Assembly (NCBI GenBank): GCA_031426555.1
Contig: JANPLN010000036.1
Span: 1-64,000, forward strand
Direction: 5' to 3'
DNA: 64,000 nt
From: Bdellovibrionales bacterium
GTDB lineage: Bacteria; Bdellovibrionota; Bdellovibrionia; Bdellovibrionales; JAGQZY01
Positions 59,897-64,000 of the stretch are shown here, one piece after another (the stretch's first letter is position 1; the number at the start of each line of letters is the position of its first letter). A program made the position numbers and the translations under genes. The notes under the pieces were generated by a model. The model had not been told where the DNA came from, did no database searches, and saw nothing but the letters and a program-made list of their open reading frames with translations.

Positions 59897-62620
59897 ATGT
59901 CACGATTTCTCATGCGCCTGTTTCTAATCAATCTTGCTCTCGCGTTTATTGTTTTTCTCTCTGGCCTTGGGTATTTGTATTACACGTACTCGACACTCCC
60001 TCAGCTGATTACGGTGGCAGATTACAAGCCCCTCCTTTCCAGCGATGTTTATGCGCGTGGTGGAGAAAAAATAGGCGAACTGTACAGCAGCAAACAAGGG
60101 GTTCGTATTCTCACACCTTACGAGGATATTCCGCCGCTTCTTTCAAAGGCCTTTCTCGCCGCCGAAGACGATTCATTTTTTGAGCACAAAGGTTTTAATA
60201 TTATGGCTATTTTGCGAGCCGTTTGGATTAACACGATTTCTGGAAAAAGGAGCCAAGGGGCTTCAACGATTACGCAACAAACGGCGAGAACGCTTTTTTT
60301 AAGCTCCGAAAAAACCTATTTGCGAAAAATCAAAGAGGCTCTCCTCACTTACAAGATGGAAAACAATCTTCGTAAAGAGGACATTCTTTATCTTTACTTA
60401 AACCAAATTTACCTTGGACAGGGCGCCTACGGAATCGCGGCCGCCGCTGAAACGTATTATCGTAAAGAACTCAAAGATCTGACGCTGGCTGAAATGGCTC
60501 TCCTTGCGGGAGTGCCCACTTCCCCCAGCCGCTTTAATCCTGTGGTGAATCCAAAGCGCGCTAAAGAGCGTCAGCTGTATGTTCTTAACCGAATGGCCAC
60601 CGAGGGTTTTGCAAGTGTTGAAGAAACTAAAAAAGCCGGCGAAGAAGTTTTAAAAATTCAGGCAAAAAAAATCTATAAAGACACTGGCCCTTACTTTGTG
60701 GAAACGATTCGCCAACTGTTGGTCAAAGAGCTTGGCGAGGAAATGCTGCTTGAGCAAGGCCTCAAAATTTACACGTCTTTGGATCTGAAGGCGCAGGTGA
60801 AGGCCATTGAAACGGTGAACGCCGGATTGCGTGCTATTGATAAGAAGCGCGGCTACCGCGGTGCTAAATCGCAAATCAAACTCGAGGACGCTGAAGCTGT
60901 TGAAAAGTTTTTATCTGAGTCTCGCGAAAAATTGATCAAGGAAAAAAACTCCACGCTTTATTTAAAGGCTGACGGCACACTGGTTGTTTTTGAACCTTTC
61001 GCTGAGATTAAAAAGAATAGTAAGGACGTCAAAAACATTCCACCTTACATTCAGGTGAACGAAGTTGTCGAGGGACTCGTTACCAAGGTGGACGACCCCG
61101 CAGGTTTGGTTTATGTGCGCTTCGCGGAGTCCCAGGGAATTCTGCCTCTGGGAGAGATGCTTTGGGCGCGCCCCTTTAACCCTGACCTCCACCCCGGAGA
61201 GCATCTCAATATTAAGCGCCCATCTCAGGCACTCAAGCCCGGTGATGTTATCGACATTAAAGTTTTGGCAAATATTTATGCGCCGGCAAAGACCACTGCG
61301 AAAAGTAAAACACCGCCGCCTGCCTTTAAAGATTACGCCTCATTAGCTCTCGAGCAATTACCCGAAGTTCAGGGCGCGCTTCTTTCCTTTGACCTGGAGT
61401 CGGGCGACATCACGGCGATGATCGGTGGTCTTGACTACACAAAAAATAAATTCAACCGAACGTATCAGTCTCTTCGCCAAACAGGTTCGGCCTTCAAACC
61501 CATCGTGTATGCCGCAGGTCTTGAGCAAGGCCTTACCGTGGCTACGCCGATCATGGGCGCGCCCATCGTTTACGGTGCGAAAACCGAAGAAGAAAAAAAG
61601 GCCGCAAAGACTGTTTCCGAGCAAGAAAGCGACGAAGCATGGAAGCCCGAAAATTACGACGGGAAGTTTACGGGTGATGTGCTGATGCGTACGGCACTGA
61701 AACGCTCCCTCAATACACCGACAATTCGTGTTCTCGAAAAAGCAACCATCCCTTACGCTGCCTCCTATGCGCGGCGCTTAGGAATTTTTAGCCCGCTGAA
61801 CATGGATATGTCCTTGGCACTTGGCTCCAGCGGCGTTTCACTTTACGAAATGAACAAAGTGATGGCTATTTTTGCACGCAACGGAAAGCGCTTTTCTCCG
61901 ATCATCGTGCGCGAAGTGAAAAATAAAGATGGCGAAGTGATCATCAAAGACTTCTCTTTGGATCAACGTTTTAAGGAAAAGCTCGATGCCCTCGAGAACG
62001 AATTTGACGAACGCCGAGGAGAGTATAAAAAAGCCCTCACCGCTTTCCACCAAAAAGGCTCGTCTACACAAACCAACAGCGACGGTGATGAAAGTACAAA
62101 AGAAAAACCGCCAGTGAATGGATTCTTTTACGACAATCCCAATCAAATTATTTCTCCACAGACAGCGTATCTTGTGACCAACATGTTGCAAGGCGTGGCC
62201 ACTGAATCCGATGGCACCGGTGGACGTGCCGCCGCTTTGGGTCGCCCCGTCGCTGGTAAAACGGGAACCACAAACGGATATTACGACGCTTGGTTTCTGG
62301 GTTACACTCCGCAGATAGCTACAAGTGTTTGGGTGGGACTTGATACCGAAAAAACCTTGGGTAAGGGTCAAACCGGCGGTGATTCAGCACTCCCAATTTG
62401 GCTTCCTTATATGCAATATGTACATGAATCTCTACCGGTTAAACAGTTTGAGATGCCAGTTAACATTTCCTTCTTTATGGTCGACAAAGATACGGGCAAA
62501 CCCGCAACGTCGGGCGGGATCATGTTGCCCTTTGTGCATGGCACAGAGCCCAGCGCCTCCGCACGCACGTATGAAGAAAAACAAGTTGAAGAAAAAGACT
62601 TCCTCCGCGAGAGCTTCTAA
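59897..62620 (+). CDS. mrcA: Penicillin-binding protein 1A (bifunctional transglycosylase/transpeptidase)
   Basis: AEDDSF, GASTITQQ, RKIKE, SAFK, SLN and KTG motifs. Confidence 0.95.
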   Translation: MSRFLMRLFLINLALAFIVFLSGLGYLYYTYSTLPQLITVADYKPLLSSDVYARGGEKIGELYSSKQGVRILTPYEDIPPLLSKAFLAAEDDSFFEHKGFNIMAILRAVWINTISGKRSQGASTITQQTARTLFLSSEKTYLRKIKEALLTYKMENNLRKEDILYLYLNQIYLGQGAYGIAAAAETYYRKELKDLTLAEMALLAGVPTSPSRFNPVVNPKRAKERQLYVLNRMATEGFASVEETKKAGEEVLKIQAKKIYKDTGPYFVETIRQLLVKELGEEMLLEQGLKIYTSLDLKAQVKAIETVNAGLRAIDKKRGYRGAKSQIKLEDAEAVEKFLSESREKLIKEKNSTLYLKADGTLVVFEPFAEIKKNSKDVKNIPPYIQVNEVVEGLVTKVDDPAGLVYVRFAESQGILPLGEMLWARPFNPDLHPGEHLNIKRPSQALKPGDVIDIKVLANIYAPAKTTAKSKTPPPAFKDYASLALEQLPEVQGALLSFDLESGDITAMIGGLDYTKNKFNRTYQSLRQTGSAFKPIVYAAGLEQGLTVATPIMGAPIVYGAKTEEEKKAAKTVSEQESDEAWKPENYDGKFTGDVLMRTALKRSLNTPTIRVLEKATIPYAASYARRLGIFSPLNMDMSLALGSSGVSLYEMNKVMAIFARNGKRFSPIIVREVKNKDGEVIIKDFSLDQRFKEKLDALENEFDERRGEYKKALTAFHQKGSSTQTNSDGDESTKEKPPVNGFFYDNPNQIISPQTAYLVTNMLQGVATESDGTGGRAAALGRPVAGKTGTTNGYYDAWFLGYTPQIATSVWVGLDTEKTLGKGQTGGDSALPIWLPYMQYVHESLPVKQFEMPVNISFFMVDKDTGKPATSGGIMLPFVHGTEPSASARTYEEKQVEEKDFLRESF

Positions 62621-62626
62621 GGGAAA

Positions 62627-62664
62627 TGACGCGATTCTCAACTAAACGGTACGGCGTACCTTTT
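62627..62664. repeat. Dispersed 38-bp palindromic REP-like repeat, copy B
   Basis: Reverse complement matches 24000-24037 at 35/38. Confidence 0.8.
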
Positions 62665-62694
62665 TTGACGTAAACACGTTATTCCTTTGGGGCT

Positions 62695-64000
62695 GTGGAA
62701 AATATCACTCTAAAAAACATTACACAAAACAATCTCAAGGGTGTGGATCTCGAAATCCCGGTGGGATCTTTTACGGTTGTTTGTGGTCCCAGCGGCTCTG
62801 GCAAAAGCTCACTGGCTTTTGAAACTTTATATGCTGAAGGACAACGCCGCTACATCGAGAGTTTAAACAGTTATGCACGGCAGTTTTTAAATAAGGCGCC
62901 TAAGCCCCATGTGGAATTCATCAACAATATTCCTCCTGCCATTGCTTTGGAACAAAAAAATTCTGTGCGCAACTCGCGCTCATCGGTGGGAACAAGCTCC
63001 GATGTGTTGGATTATTTTCGTTTGTTTTTTGCAAAGATCGCGCATTCCTATTGCCCTGAGGGACATGGTCTCATCGAAAAACACACTCCCGGTGCCATCT
63101 CAGAGATCGCCCTCAGCACGCTTGCAGACCGTCGAATTTATATTCTTGCGCCAGTTGATAAAGCTGCACAACTTTTACCGGATGCGAAATTTGTAAAGCT
63201 ACTTCTGGCGGAGGGACTGACCCGTCTTTATATTCCCGGCGCAAAAAATAAAATAGGCGAATTTTTGGAAGTTTCGGCAAAAACGAAAGGCACAGAACTT
63301 CCCAACAAAAGCTATTATGTCGTCGTCGACCGACTCGCTGTGAAAAAAGAAGACACCGGTCGCATGATCGATTCCTTTTCCCAGGCCTACAAAACCTACG
63401 TGCACCTTAACAAAGGTGCTACTGCTTCGCGCTTAAAGATTCTCACTGTCGAGGGCGAAATGTCATCCTACAGTGACTCCCTCAGCTGCGCGGTTTGCAA
63501 CTATCAGTTTCCACCTCTTTCTCCCCAGCTGTTTAGTTTTAATTCTCCCGTGGGTGCTTGTTCCACTTGTGCCGGCTTTGGAAATATTCTCACTCTCGAC
63601 GAGGAGAAAGTAGTTCCCAATCCCAATTTGTCTATTTACTCGGGCGCCTTGCACCCGTTTACCATGCCCAGTGCCGCTCAAGATAAAAAAGAACTTTTAA
63701 AATTTTGTCGCGACAAAAAAATCGATGTTACTCTCCCCTGGAATCAGTTGACCAAAAAACAACAGAGTTCCATTTGGAACGGCGATACTAAGTTTTGGGG
63801 TGTTGTTGGACTTTTTGAATACTTGGAAACCAAAAAATATAAAATGCATGTGCGAGTATTTTTATCGCGCTTTAAAAGTTCGTTTCCCTGCAAAGAGTGC
63901 GAAGGCGGACGACTGAAAAAGTTTATTCAGAATATTAAAGTACAAGATCAATCTTTGCAAAAAATATCAAAGATGACTCTTTCCGCAGCACTCGAGTGGC
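62695..64000 (+). CDS. uvrA: Excinuclease ABC subunit A (UvrA family), 3' truncated by window edge; absent from the ORF track
   Basis: Hand translation from GTG: MENITLKNITQNNLKGVDLEIP...GPSGSGKSSLAFETLYAEGQRRYIESL; later FSFNSPVGACSTCAGFG. Confidence 0.93.
   Translation, partial: MENITLKNITQNNLKGVDLEIPVGSFTVVCGPSGSGKSSLAFETLYAEGQRRYIESLNSYARQFLNKAPKPHVEFINNIPPAIALEQKNSVRNSRSSVGTSSDVLDYFRLFFAKIAHSYCPEGHGLIEKHTPGAISEIALSTLADRRIYILAPVDKAAQLLPDAKFVKLLLAEGLTRLYIPGAKNKIGEFLEVSAKTKGTELPNKSYYVVVDRLAVKKEDTGRMIDSFSQAYKTYVHLNKGATASRLKILTVEGEMSSYSDSLSCAVCNYQFPPLSPQLFSFNSPVGACSTCAGFGNILTLDEEKVVPNPNLSIYSGALHPFTMPSAAQDKKELLKFCRDKKIDVTLPWNQLTKKQQSSIWNGDTKFWGVVGLFEYLETKKYKMHVRVFLSRFKSSFPCKECEGGRLKKFIQNIKVQDQSLQKISKMTLSAALEW

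Noticed and set aside
62909..63681. Short ORFs at the window end
   Set aside because: Alternative-frame shadows of uvrA, which runs off the edge.

Overview
A 64-kb, gene-dense chromosomal window. Gene content and protein style suggest a Bdellovibrionota-like (predatory delta-type) bacterium; this is an inference, not a database result. Most of it is housekeeping: caa3-type cytochrome c oxidase operon, secA, glnB-glnA, prkA-DUF444-spoVR, mreB, glpD, pepP, xseAB-ispA-tlyA, PBP1A and a 5' part of uvrA. No transposase, integrase, tRNA, rRNA or CRISPR array was seen. The most interesting region is a visibly AT-richer block at ~43.6-50.8 kb. It holds a TolC-HlyD-ABC-membrane-domain exporter with no ATPase domain, a divergent NhaR-like LysR, and a putative ribosome-hibernation cassette: two GGQ-less baeRF (Balon-like) paralogs flanking an HPF/RaiA gene. 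The second paralog appears to start at a non-canonical ATT codon behind a sigma28-like promoter. Non-coding signals include twin ~155-165-nt hairpin elements with a shared core but different arms, a 38-bp dispersed palindromic repeat, a probable 6S RNA, and a recurrent leaderless-mRNA promoter architecture.
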